Shown: one piece after another, positions 50,073 to 60,148 of the stretch
Position numbering within the stretch: the stretch's first letter is position 1
Layout of the letters: the number at the start of each line of letters is the position of its first letter
Origin: an uncultured delta proteobacterium
GTDB taxonomy: Bacteria > Desulfobacterota > Binatia > Binatales > Binataceae
Direction of reading: 5' to 3'
Length of the DNA stretch: 64,000 nt
NCBI GenBank assembly: GCA_963710425.1
Contig: CAVQAR010000009.1
Location: forward strand, 134,539-198,538
The notes under the pieces: generated by a model
The model's database searches: none
The model's input: the letters and a program-made list of their open reading frames with translations, nothing else
Told to the model about the DNA's origin: nothing
Program-made: the position numbers and the translations under genes

Positions 50073-50782
50073 CTGGCGGGGTCGAGTTTGGCGCGCAGGC
50101 GCGACGCGAGGTCGGGCGCCGAGGTCTCGTGTTTGAAATAAACGAACACTTCGTCGGCACTGGACGCGAGGCGGTCCAGATTTTTCACCCACGCATCGAG
50201 GCCCCCGTCGTCATAGGTTTCCTTTCGCAGACGAACGTAAACGTACGGCGCGGTGCGCTCGAGCGGCGTCGCGAGCTTTTCGGTTTCCGCGATACATAGC
50301 GCGACGCCGTTATCGGCCAGCGCGGTGATTACGGAATCGTCGAACCAGCTTTTGTTTCTGAATTCGAAGGCGGCGCGAATCCGGCCCTTCAGGATCGCGA
50401 GGAAATCTTTCAGCAGCGGGAGATCGATCTTCAAGTCGGGCGGTAGCTGGAACAGCGCAGGCGCGAGCCGCTCGCCCATCACCGACGCGCGCTCGATGAA
50501 CGTGTCGGTGGTCGAGTTGACGTCGCGCAGCTTGGCGAAGTGCGTGATGCGTTGCGGAGCCTTCAGCGCGAACCGAAAATTCTCGGGCGTGCGCGCGGCC
50601 CATCCTTCGAGCATCGCCGACTTCGGCATCGCGCGGAACGTGTAGTTGATTTCAACCGTCGGCATCCGCTCGGCGTAGTACTCGAGCATTTTGGCGCCGG
50701 GAAGTTTCTCCGGATAAAAGCCGCCGAGCCATTCCTTGTACGAAAAACCCGACGTCCCGATCAGGATTTTCGCTTTCGCCAT
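50060..50782 (-). CDS. DUF72 family protein
   Basis: Start trimmed to MAKAKILIGTSGFSYKEWLGGFYPEKL. VEINYTFR and LFQLPP are typical of DUF72. Confidence 0.85.
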   Translation of the reverse strand: MAKAKILIGTSGFSYKEWLGGFYPEKLPGAKMLEYYAERMPTVEINYTFRAMPKSAMLEGWAARTPENFRFALKAPQRITHFAKLRDVNSTTDTFIERASVMGERLAPALFQLPPDLKIDLPLLKDFLAILKGRIRAAFEFRNKSWFDDSVITALADNGVALCIAETEKLATPLERTAPYVYVRLRKETYDDGGLDAWVKNLDRLASSADEVFVYFKHETSAPDLASRLRAKLDPASLSS

Positions 50783-50801
50783 CGCGCTCAGCCCGCGACT
50801 A

Positions 50802-51990
50802 TCAGCTGCGGCTCTCGACCAACTTGCGCAAACGCTCGGCGCCCTCCCTCGCAACCTGCTCTTGCTCCGGATTGCTCCCAGAGCCATCGAGATCGAGCAG
50901 GTCATAGTAGAGCTTGCCGCGCAGCTTGCCGACTTCATTGACGAACGTCGTGCCGTAGTCGCGCTCCGGATCGCCCATCGCGAACGCCTGCCGCGTTATC
51001 GTCCAGCTCTCGGGCCGCAGCCGTCGCGCTTCCTTGAAATACGGAACCGCGTCTGGAGCGTGACCTGTCTCGCACAGATACTCGGCGAGCCTGAAGTAGG
51101 CTGCGGCCTGCGCATGATCGCGCGTCGGGAGTTTAAGCTTGCGCTTGACCTCGTCAGGCTTCATGACGAAGCGGCTGTTGGCGCCGTTCTTCGCCCAGTC
51201 GCGCAGAGCGTCGAGATATCGCGCCGAATCGATTCCGGTAATCGCGCGGAAAGTGTCGATCGCGTACGCGACTTCGTTGGGCCGCACGATCATTCCAGCT
51301 TCGTCGATCCAGACCGCGGTCGGCACATTGACCATGTTGTAGAGTTCGGCGACGACGTGCCGCGTGTCGATCAACGAAGGATGCGCGGGCGCGCCGGCCT
51401 TGATGAACGGACCGGCCGCCGCAGCGCCGCCGGTGTCGAACGCGACCGTGACGATCGTGAAGTTGGAGGTCCTTGAGTTCGTTGTACAGCGCCTGCCACC
51501 CGGGCAGGTCAAGGGAGCATCCTCACCACGAGGCCCACGCCAGTAGAAAAACTTTCTGGCCGCGATAGTCGGACAAGCGATGCAGCTTGCCGTCGAGGTC
51601 GGGCAGCTCGAAATCGGGAGCTTCGAGCGTGCGCAGCGCGTTGCCGCGCTCGGCTGCCTCCGCGCCGAAATACCAGACGCGATGCTTTAAGTCGCCGGCC
51701 CACGGCTTGCCCAACTGGTCGGCGAGCGCGCCGAAGTCGAGGAAGGTCGCGTTGTCCCGCTTCGCGGTGAATTCGCTCTCGCGTCCCGGCGGAATCGGCA
51801 CGCACAAATCGCCACGGCAGATTCCCTCCGGCTTCAACTCCCATCCTGCGAGCCGCTTCAACTCCGCCGCATCGAGCCACAGCGCATTCGAGTCGGCGAT
51901 CGCGCGCTCGAACTGCAACGGCTGATCGTCGTGAATAACGGTAGCGGCGGCCGGCTTCGATTCAGTTGTCATCGTATCGTCCTCCCCCAT
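50802..51990 (-). CDS. TlpA/ResA-like thioredoxin-fold redoxin with in-frame UGA at the active site (candidate selenoprotein) plus one frame disruption
   Basis: ORF 51523..51990 ends KVFLLAWASW-TGA. The same frame continues GCSLDLPGWQALYNELKDL. After a slip near 51462..51470, ORF 50802..51512 continues NFTIVTVAFDTGG...NVPTAVWIDEAGMIV, with a TPR-like C-terminal region. Confidence 0.7.
51471..51514 (-). promoter_or_regulatory. SECIS-like stem-loop downstream of the UGA at 51523..51525
   Basis: mRNA CCUGCC-CGGGU-GGCAGG (51492..51508) begins 14 nt after the UGA, so the apical loop starts 20 nt after it. A possible lower stem is CCUUGA / UCAAGG. Confidence 0.4.
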
Positions 51991-54558
51991 TCATCCTTTG
52001 AGGGTCGCCTGCAACTTTTTGCCTTCGCGATTCCTGAATCCGACCGCGACACTCAGCCGCTCGAGATGCTGATCGATTATTTTGCCGCCCAGCCGCACGC
52101 GATGCTCGGCAAAGAACTTCTTCACTTCGTCCTCGCGATCGAGCAGCGCGATGACCGCCTCGCACATCCGCGGCAGCGCGTTGTCGGGATATTTTTGAAT
52201 CATCTCGTCCCAATGCGCGCGCGCAAAGTCCCAGGCCTCATAACGCGACGCGGGGTTGAGCAGCAGCGAATGCATCAGGTACGGCGCGTTCTGCGTCCGC
52301 ACCTCGCCGTCGATCGTCATCTTCATGGTTTTTCCGAGCAGATCGCGATCGCGAAAATTTGCCAGCGCAAACAGGTAGCGCTGCTCTTCCTGCGGCGTGC
52401 GCGGCGCTTTGAACTTGCGCTTGAACTCCTCGTAGCGCGCGCGGTCGCCCGAGTACGCGAGGACGTTGACCAGCGCCGGCATCAGGTCGCGATCCGCGGA
52501 TTCAGGACTGTCTTCGAAGCGAGCGTACAGATCGCGCGCGCGCTTGTGGACTTCGCGATCGTCGCCGAGCGTCCCGAGCGTGCCGATCAGACTGCCGCGC
52601 AATTGGCGCACGAGTTCGCTCTCGCCCGGCTTTGGCTCCCATCCGAGCCGCGCGGCGGCGGGACCGAGGATCTCGCGCACCGTAGCAGCTAGCGCAGGCC
52701 TGTCCGCGTCGGACGCGATCATGTCGAGGTACGCGAACGCGCCGATCAACGCGCGCCATACGTTGATGTCCGTCTCGTTTGTGAACAGCCGCGCCATCTT
52801 GAGGAACTCGCTCAGCGGTCCGAGTCCCGCGACCGTCGCCGCCCACGTATCGCTCACCAGCCCGAAACGTTCGATCGGTTGGAGCGCGTTGAGATTCTTC
52901 GTGATCGCCGACAGCAACTCCGGCGCATAATGCACGCGATAGAAGCCGTGGCCGCCCTCGTTCAGCAGTGCCCATTCGAGCTTGCCCGATATGTCCAGCG
53001 TCGTCTCGCGAGTCGTCAGCAGGACCTTGTGCGTCGAGACGCCCTTGTCAGTCTTCGCGCGAACCATCACGGGCACATGCCAAAGCTGATCGTTGTCCTC
53101 GACGAGATAGAAAAATCGCCGCTGCGAAAGCTTGAGCCCGCGGCCATCTGCAGCCGGCGACGCGTCGATAATCGGAAAGCCAGGCTGGAAGATCCACGAG
53201 TCCATCATCTTGCGCACGGGCTCGCGCGACGCCGCTTCGAGCGCGTCCCACAAATCGCCCGTTTCAGTGTTGGCGAACTGATGCTTCTTCAGATACAGGC
53301 GAATGCCGTCGCGAAAAACATTGTCGCCGAGGAACTGCTCGAGCATCCGCAGCACGGCCGCGCCTTTCTCGTAGGTCAGGATATCGAACATCGCGCGACA
53401 ATCCTCGGGGCTGCGCACCTCGTACTCGATAGGACGCGTGCTCCGCAGGCCGTCGATCGACATCGCGGCCGCGCGCGAGACGCTGAAACTCTCCCATCGC
53501 TTCCACTCGGGCTTCCACGCGTTGACCGCGAGCATTTCCATGAACGTCGCGAAAGCCTCGTTGAGCCAGATGCCGTTCCACCATCGCATGGTGACGAGAT
53601 CGCCGAACCACATGTGCGCATTTTCGTGCGAGACCACGTCGGCCACGCGCTCGAGCTCCGCGCGCGACGCAGTTTTCTCATCGGCAAGTAGCGCAGTCTC
53701 GCGAAAAGTGATCGCGCCAAGATTTTCCATCGCGCCCGACGCGAAGTCGGGGATCGCGATCAGATCGAGCTTGTCGCCCGGATACTTGAGTCCGTAATAG
53801 TCGGCAAAATATTTGAGCGAGAACGCGCCGATCTGCTGGGCAAAGCCGGTCAGCGATTCTTTGCCGGGAACATGAACAATTCTGAGCGGCGTGCCCGCAT
53901 CGACCGGCGCAGTCGCATCGAACTCGCCCACGATGAACGCGACCAGGTAGGTGGACATCGCGATCGTCTCCTTGAAGACGACCTCCTTCTTGCCGCCGCC
54001 CAGCTTGCGTTCACTCTCCTGCCCCCCGTTCGAAATCGCCGCGAGGTTCTCATCGACGACCAGGGTCACTTTGTAACTGGCCTTGAGCTCCGGCTCGTCC
54101 CAGCACGGAAACGCGCGGCGCGCGTCAGTGGATTCGAATTGCGTCGTCGCCGCGACGTGAGTCTTGCCGGCCGCGTCCTGGTACTGGCTGCGATAAAAGC
54201 CGTGCAGCTTGTCGTTCAGGATTCCGCGAAACGCGATCTTTAGCGTCCATTCGTCCGCGGAAAGTTTCTCGGTAAATCGAAGATGCGCGCGTTCCTTCGC
54301 CGGTTCCATCTCGGCCTTCGCGCTGAGAGACTTCCCGGCGCGCTCCGCGCTCACCTTGTCGATCTCCAGCTCGAGCGCGTTCAGCACAACATCATCGGTC
54401 GCATCGTTGACGACGACCGCGATCTTCACTTCGCCCTGAAACGTGAACGCCGTGAGATCGGGCGTCAGCCGGATGTCGTAGCGCTTTGGCGTGACGTTTT
54501 TCGGAAGCCGATAGTCCTGCAAACTATCAGCTAGGGGAGCTCCATCCTGATCGCGCAT
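51991..54558 (-). CDS. M1 family aminopeptidase (aminopeptidase N-like)
   Basis: 855 aa: GAMENLG exopeptidase motif, HENAHMWFGDLVTMRWWNGIWLNEAFA (HExxH-18-E), and an ERAP1-like C-terminal helical domain. Confidence 0.9.
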   Translation of the reverse strand: MRDQDGAPLADSLQDYRLPKNVTPKRYDIRLTPDLTAFTFQGEVKIAVVVNDATDDVVLNALELEIDKVSAERAGKSLSAKAEMEPAKERAHLRFTEKLSADEWTLKIAFRGILNDKLHGFYRSQYQDAAGKTHVAATTQFESTDARRAFPCWDEPELKASYKVTLVVDENLAAISNGGQESERKLGGGKKEVVFKETIAMSTYLVAFIVGEFDATAPVDAGTPLRIVHVPGKESLTGFAQQIGAFSLKYFADYYGLKYPGDKLDLIAIPDFASGAMENLGAITFRETALLADEKTASRAELERVADVVSHENAHMWFGDLVTMRWWNGIWLNEAFATFMEMLAVNAWKPEWKRWESFSVSRAAAMSIDGLRSTRPIEYEVRSPEDCRAMFDILTYEKGAAVLRMLEQFLGDNVFRDGIRLYLKKHQFANTETGDLWDALEAASREPVRKMMDSWIFQPGFPIIDASPAADGRGLKLSQRRFFYLVEDNDQLWHVPVMVRAKTDKGVSTHKVLLTTRETTLDISGKLEWALLNEGGHGFYRVHYAPELLSAITKNLNALQPIERFGLVSDTWAATVAGLGPLSEFLKMARLFTNETDINVWRALIGAFAYLDMIASDADRPALAATVREILGPAAARLGWEPKPGESELVRQLRGSLIGTLGTLGDDREVHKRARDLYARFEDSPESADRDLMPALVNVLAYSGDRARYEEFKRKFKAPRTPQEEQRYLFALANFRDRDLLGKTMKMTIDGEVRTQNAPYLMHSLLLNPASRYEAWDFARAHWDEMIQKYPDNALPRMCEAVIALLDREDEVKKFFAEHRVRLGGKIIDQHLERLSVAVGFRNREGKKLQATLKG

Positions 54559-54594
54559 CTAAGTCTCTCTTCCTTATATATGCAGTCGAGTATG

Positions 54595-54625
54595 AAAATG
54601 AAAAATTGCGGGCGCGGACCCGCAG
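54595..54625 (-). terminator. Rho-independent terminator after the GNAT gene
   Basis: On the minus strand: TGCGGG-TCCGCG-CCCGCA followed by ATTTTTCATTTTC. Confidence 0.55.
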
Positions 54626-54666
54626 TCGACCTAGCCTAGTTCAAACGGCGTCGATGCGCGAGCAAT

Positions 54667-55182
54667 TCATTCGCCGTTCAGCCGTAGCGGCCGCTCCATC
54701 CACACGACGTCCCAGTAGCGCTCGAACTTGCGCCCGCATTCGGTGAAAACGCCGACATCGGTGAAGCCGAACTTGTGATGCAGCTTGATCGACGCCTCAT
54801 TGGGAATCGTGATCCCGGCCAGCACTCGATTGATGTCCTCGTTCTTCAGCGCGTCAAGCAACACGCGATACATCATCGCGCCTATTCCACGCCCCTTCAT
54901 ATCGTTCGCGCAGTAGATCGACGTTTCGACGCTCGTGTCGTACGCCGCCCGGTCGCGAAACGGACCCGTGCCCGCCCATCCGACGACAAGACCCGCGTCT
55001 TCCGCGACGAAGAGGTGATGCCGCTTGCCGCCACTGTGCTCGTCGAACCATCGCGCGCGCTGCTCGACCGTAACCGGCGCCAGGTCGAACGTGATTGGAG
55101 TGTTTACCACGTAGTAGTTGTAAATTTCGGTCAGACGCGGCAGGTCGTCGCGCGCCGCCGGCCGAATCTTTACGTCTGCCAT
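54667..55182 (-). CDS. GNAT family N-acetyltransferase (phosphinothricin-acetyltransferase-like)
   Basis: 171 aa: IRPAARDDLPRLTEIYNYYV, RGRGIGAMMYRVLLD, ASIKLHHKFGF. Confidence 0.85.
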   Translation of the reverse strand: MADVKIRPAARDDLPRLTEIYNYYVVNTPITFDLAPVTVEQRARWFDEHSGGKRHHLFVAEDAGLVVGWAGTGPFRDRAAYDTSVETSIYCANDMKGRGIGAMMYRVLLDALKNEDINRVLAGITIPNEASIKLHHKFGFTDVGVFTECGRKFERYWDVVWMERPLRLNGE

Positions 55183-55245
55183 GAAGTTGGCCTCCTTGAC
55201 GCGATGAGTCGCCGATTCACAGGCAACGCCGGATTCAAAGTTGAA

Positions 55246-56106
55246 TCAAGCGGCGAGTTTGCCCTTCGCCAGATCAGCAAACGTGATTAGTTCGATTCCA
55301 TTTCGAGCGACCGCGTCGCGCACGCGCGGACTGGTCAGAATCTCGACTTCGAGCTGTGCCGCGGCAGACGGCGGAACTCCGCCAATATCAGCCGCCGGAT
55401 GGAAATACAGCTCCGTGGTGCCGTCGCGAATTCGATCGATCACGCCGACGACGTAATCCTCGCTCAGATGACCGCTCTGATGAAGCCCGAACAGCGCGTC
55501 GGTCGAAGTGAGGCCGCGCTCGGTCATCATGCGGCGCGTTCGCCGCGACAGCGTCCGGAAGATGGCGGACTCGACCAGCTTGCGCGTCGCATTGTCACGG
55601 CGCAGCCGGATCGTCGTCATCACGCGCTCGCGCGGAAGCCGAATGCACGGCACTTTGTATTCGACCGCGAGGTTAACCAGAATATCGGCGAACAGCGGAT
55701 GGACGTGGAAGTTCAGATGGCCGTCGATATGATTGAGATAGCCGACCAGCTCGAGATGGCGCTCGACTTGCGCGCGCAACTCATCGGTCATTGCGGCGCG
55801 CAGCGAGCGGTCGAAGAAATAGCGCATCCCGGCGCCGACCGGACTGTCCATGAACTCGCCCGACGCGTTCAGCGCAGTGCCGAGCCGCGAAGAATCGAGG
55901 ATGCTGCGTCCCTGGCAGACGACCGCATGCAGCCCGACGTCGAGCCCGGAATTGTCGCGCGCAAGTTCGGCGGCTGGCAGCGCGGCCGGCTCCGCAACCA
56001 TCAAGCTCGCACTGCGCAAAATCCCATCGCGATGCGCGCGCACGATGCCTGCGTTGACTTCCGGCGACAAGCCGAAGTCGTCGGCGTTAACGATGAGACG
56101 CTTCAA
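55246..56106 (-). CDS. hpnK: YdjC-family protein, HpnK-like (hopanoid-biosynthesis associated)
   Basis: MKRLIVNADDFGLSPEVNAGIVRAHRDGILRSASLMV, VGLHAVV, IDGHLNFHVHP. Divergent from an HpnG-like gene. Confidence 0.7.
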   Translation of the reverse strand: MKRLIVNADDFGLSPEVNAGIVRAHRDGILRSASLMVAEPAALPAAELARDNSGLDVGLHAVVCQGRSILDSSRLGTALNASGEFMDSPVGAGMRYFFDRSLRAAMTDELRAQVERHLELVGYLNHIDGHLNFHVHPLFADILVNLAVEYKVPCIRLPRERVMTTIRLRRDNATRKLVESAIFRTLSRRTRRMMTERGLTSTDALFGLHQSGHLSEDYVVGVIDRIRDGTTELYFHPAADIGGVPPSAAAQLEVEILTSPRVRDAVARNGIELITFADLAKGKLAA

Positions 56107-56176
56107 ACGGCGACACCGCGTTTGTCAAAAAGCACGGGGTCGATTTTGCTAGTATCGCACCGCTCACTCAAGCGTC

Positions 56177-56207
56177 ATCAGTGGGGCGGGCCGCCGTGCC
56201 CGCCAAT
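56177..56207. repeat. half copy of repeat family D
   Basis: CAGTGGGGCGGGCCGCCGTGCCCGCC matches the arm AGTGGCGCGGGCCGCCGTGCCCGCGG of 17660..17689 and 19990..20021. Confidence 0.7.
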
Positions 56208-56234
56208 TGGCGATGCCAAAATGAGGCTCGAAGA

Positions 56235-57038
56235 TTGATCCTTCTCTTCTACGCCTTCGCCCGTGAAATCGCGCCGTTCAAACGCCGGCTGCAGCATCGC
56301 GCTCCGCTCGCGCTCGACGGCTTGGATGGCTTCCGCGTGGAAGTCGGCGGCAGGGAATTCGCCGCGGTCGCCCATGGCATCGGGCACAAACGCGCGAGCG
56401 AAACCGCGCGCCGCGCATTCGATCTGATACCCGATGCAGAGTTGGTAATCGGGACCGGCGTCGTCGGCGCGCTTTCGGCCGGATTGAAGCCGGGCGACCT
56501 CGTTCTCTCCGACCGGACTATCATGATTCACGGCGACGGACAGGTTGGCGAGCAAGTCACCGCAATCAGCGTCGCGCACCTGCGCGCGATCGGGCGCTCG
56601 CTCGCGAACGCGGGCATCGCATATTCGACCGGCGCGATTTTGACCTCGCATCGCGTGCTCGCAACCGGCGCCGAGAAACGACGCGCCAAGGAAAGCACCG
56701 GCGCGATCGCCGTGGACATGGAAACCGCCGCGATAGCTGCAGAAGCCGCCGCGCGCGGACTCCCGTTCGTCGCGATTCGCGCCGTGCTCGACGAAGTTGA
56801 CGACGAAATTTTCGGCGCCGAGATGGCCGATGAGAACGGCAACGTCAAACCGTTCGCCGCTACGTCATTTTTGTTGCGGAATCCGGCGACGATGCTCAAT
56901 CTGCCGCGGATGATTCGCAATCTCTCGCGCGCGACGGCCTCGATCGCGGACGCACTGATCGCGATTGCCCACGAAGGACAGGATCCTGAAGCTACGAAGC
57001 GCGGTCGCGGCCCGGCGGAGCGAAAGCGCCCGCGCTGA
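56235..57038 (+). CDS. hpnG: PNP/UDP-family nucleosidase, HpnG-like (hopanoid-associated phosphorylase); start uncertain
   Basis: ILLFYAFAREIAPF..., GIGHKRASETARRA, VIGTGVVGALSAGLKPGDLVL, GAIAVDMETAAIA. Start placed at the in-frame TTG because the region upstream is repeat D. Confidence 0.65.
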   Translation: MILLFYAFAREIAPFKRRLQHRAPLALDGLDGFRVEVGGREFAAVAHGIGHKRASETARRAFDLIPDAELVIGTGVVGALSAGLKPGDLVLSDRTIMIHGDGQVGEQVTAISVAHLRAIGRSLANAGIAYSTGAILTSHRVLATGAEKRRAKESTGAIAVDMETAAIAAEAAARGLPFVAIRAVLDEVDDEIFGAEMADENGNVKPFAATSFLLRNPATMLNLPRMIRNLSRATASIADALIAIAHEGQDPEATKRGRGPAERKRPR

Positions 57039-57630
57039 AGCCGCCGTCAATCGGCACCGCGACGCCGGTGATAAACCCCGCCTCGTCCGACGCCAAAAAC
57101 GCCGCCAGCGCGCCGACCTCTTCCGGCTTTCCGTTGCGTCCGATCGGATGCATGATGCCGGTGCGCTCCCACATCATCTGCGACGCGCCGGCGGGAATGG
57201 TGTTGCAGTTTTCGGCGATCGGCGTTTCGATCACGCCCGGGCAAATCGACACGCATCGAATCTTGTGACGCGCGAAGTCCAGTGCGATTCCCTTCGACAT
57301 GATTACGACGCCGCCCTTCGCCGCCTGGTATGCGCCGAGATTCGGCACGCCTTCGATTCCCGCGCCGCTCGCCGTGTTGATGATCACGCCGCCGCCCTGC
57401 TTGATCATTTGCGGGATCGCATACTTGCAGCCGAAGAACACGCCCTTCAGGCAAACGTCCACCACCCAGTCCCACTCTTCCTCGCTCGTATCGACCACGG
57501 TTTTCGGCACGAACACGCCGGCGTTGTTGAACAGGATGTCGAGGCGGCCGAACGCGCGAATCGTTTCACTGACCATGCGCTCGACTTCGGCGCCAATGCG
57601 CACGGGACGCTCTTCGATCGGACAATTGGC
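56992..57630 (-). pseudogene. short-chain dehydrogenase/reductase, 3' two-thirds only (N-terminal Rossmann part missing)
   Basis: AEVERMVSETIRAFGRLDILFNNAGV, NTASGAG, YQAAKGG (YxxxK), PGVIETP, IDGGFSAG. No TGxxxGxG segment; upstream of ~57595..57645 the frame is antisense to the peptidase fragment. Confidence 0.75.
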
Positions 57631-58111
57631 GACCTCAAAAAGTTCGCGATTGCGCAGGATGTTATTTACGTCGGTGGCGGCAACAGCGCGAACATGCTCG
57701 CAGTGTGGCGCTTGCAAGGATTCGACAAAGCGCTGCGCGCGGCGTGGAACGCGGGCGTCGTGATGGCGGGGATCAGTGCGGGCGCGATCTGCTGGTTCGA
57801 AGATGGGGCGACGGATTCCTTCGGAATGCCGTTTCGCGCGCTCAACGACGGGCTCGGATTCGTGCGCGGCGCGTGCTGTCCGCATTATGATGGCGAGAAG
57901 GAGCGGCGGCCGGTGTTGATGCGATTGATCAAGCGCGGATTCCCCTCGACGCTCGCGATCGATGACCGTGCGGCGGCGCATTTTTGTCGGAACTCGGCTC
58001 AAGGAAGTTGTTTCGTCGCGGCCGAAGGCGCGCGCTTTCAGGATCGAACTCAAGCGCGGCGTCGTAGTTGAGACAGCCGTTTCTGTGCGATACCTCGGCG
58101 CGGGAAAATGA
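57631..58111 (+). pseudogene. S51 (peptidase E-like) peptidase, 3' part only, plus a frameshift
   Basis: DLKKFAIAQDVIYVGGGNSANMLAVWR..GVVMAGISAGAICWFEDGATDSFG..CCPHYDGEKERRP..AIDDRAAAHF. After a T5 run (~57980..57990) the adjacent frame gives GTRLKEVVSSRPKARAFRIELKRGVVVETAVSVRYLGAGK then stop at 58109..58111. The N-terminal half is absent. Confidence 0.7.
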
Positions 58112-58122
58112 AGGAGTAAGCA

Positions 58123-58795
58123 ATGCCGATAAGCGGAACAATCGATGTCGAGCGAACTTACATACCAGCACTCGGGAAACGATGGCTGCTTCCACTTTAC
58201 GATCCGTTCCTGTGGCTGTTAGGAGCGGACAAGGCAAAACGGCCGCTGATCGAACAAGCGGAAATCAAAGCAGGATTTCGGGTGCTCGATATCGGATGTG
58301 GCACAGGATCTTTGGCGATCCTTATCAAGCGAATGCATCCCGCGGCTGAAGTCGTCGGAATTGATCCGGACCCGGATGCTTTGGCGGTCAGCAAGCGCAA
58401 GGCGAAGCGCGCGGGACTCTCGATCGAGTTCGATCGTGGCTTTGCGGACCATATGCCGTATGCAGATGCGTCGTTCGACCGCGTGTTCTCATCGTTCATG
58501 TTTCATCACCTCGCGGCGGACGAGAAGTCGGCGACGTTGGCGGAGATTCGTCGCGTGCTGAAAGTCGGCGGCTCGTTGCATCTGCTCGACTTCGTTCGAG
58601 AGCACAGCGTGCATGCGAGAAAATGCGGAGCACGGTCGGTGGATCCATCGCCATGGACCGGTGGCCGAGCGGATTGAAGGTCGAATGACGGCTCTGATGG
58701 ACGAGGCGGGATTGGTCGATGCGAAGGAAGTTTCGACGGGGAAGAACTTCTTCGGGCCGATTGCGTACTTCCGCGCGAACAGTCCTGCTGCGTGA
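58123..58795 (+). CDS. class I SAM-dependent methyltransferase (UbiE/COQ5-like), frame disrupted
   Basis: VLDIGCGTGSLAIL motif I, FDRVFSSFMFHHL, LKVGGSLHLLDF. The C-terminus continues in ORF 58613..58795 (RIEGRMTALMDEAGLVDAKEVSTGKNFFGPIAYFRA). Indel somewhere in 58590..58650. Confidence 0.75.

Positions 58796-60147
<1,352 letters not shown>

Positions 60148-60148
<1 letters not shown>

Noticed and set aside
51512-51525. Treating 51523..51990 and 50802..51512 as two separate genes with an ordinary TGA stop
   Set aside because: The split would cut a thioredoxin fold exactly between WASW and GC of the active-site motif, and the read-through frame continues with redoxin-like sequence for 19 codons. 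A single gene is far more plausible, whether by Sec or by a sequencing error at the TGA.
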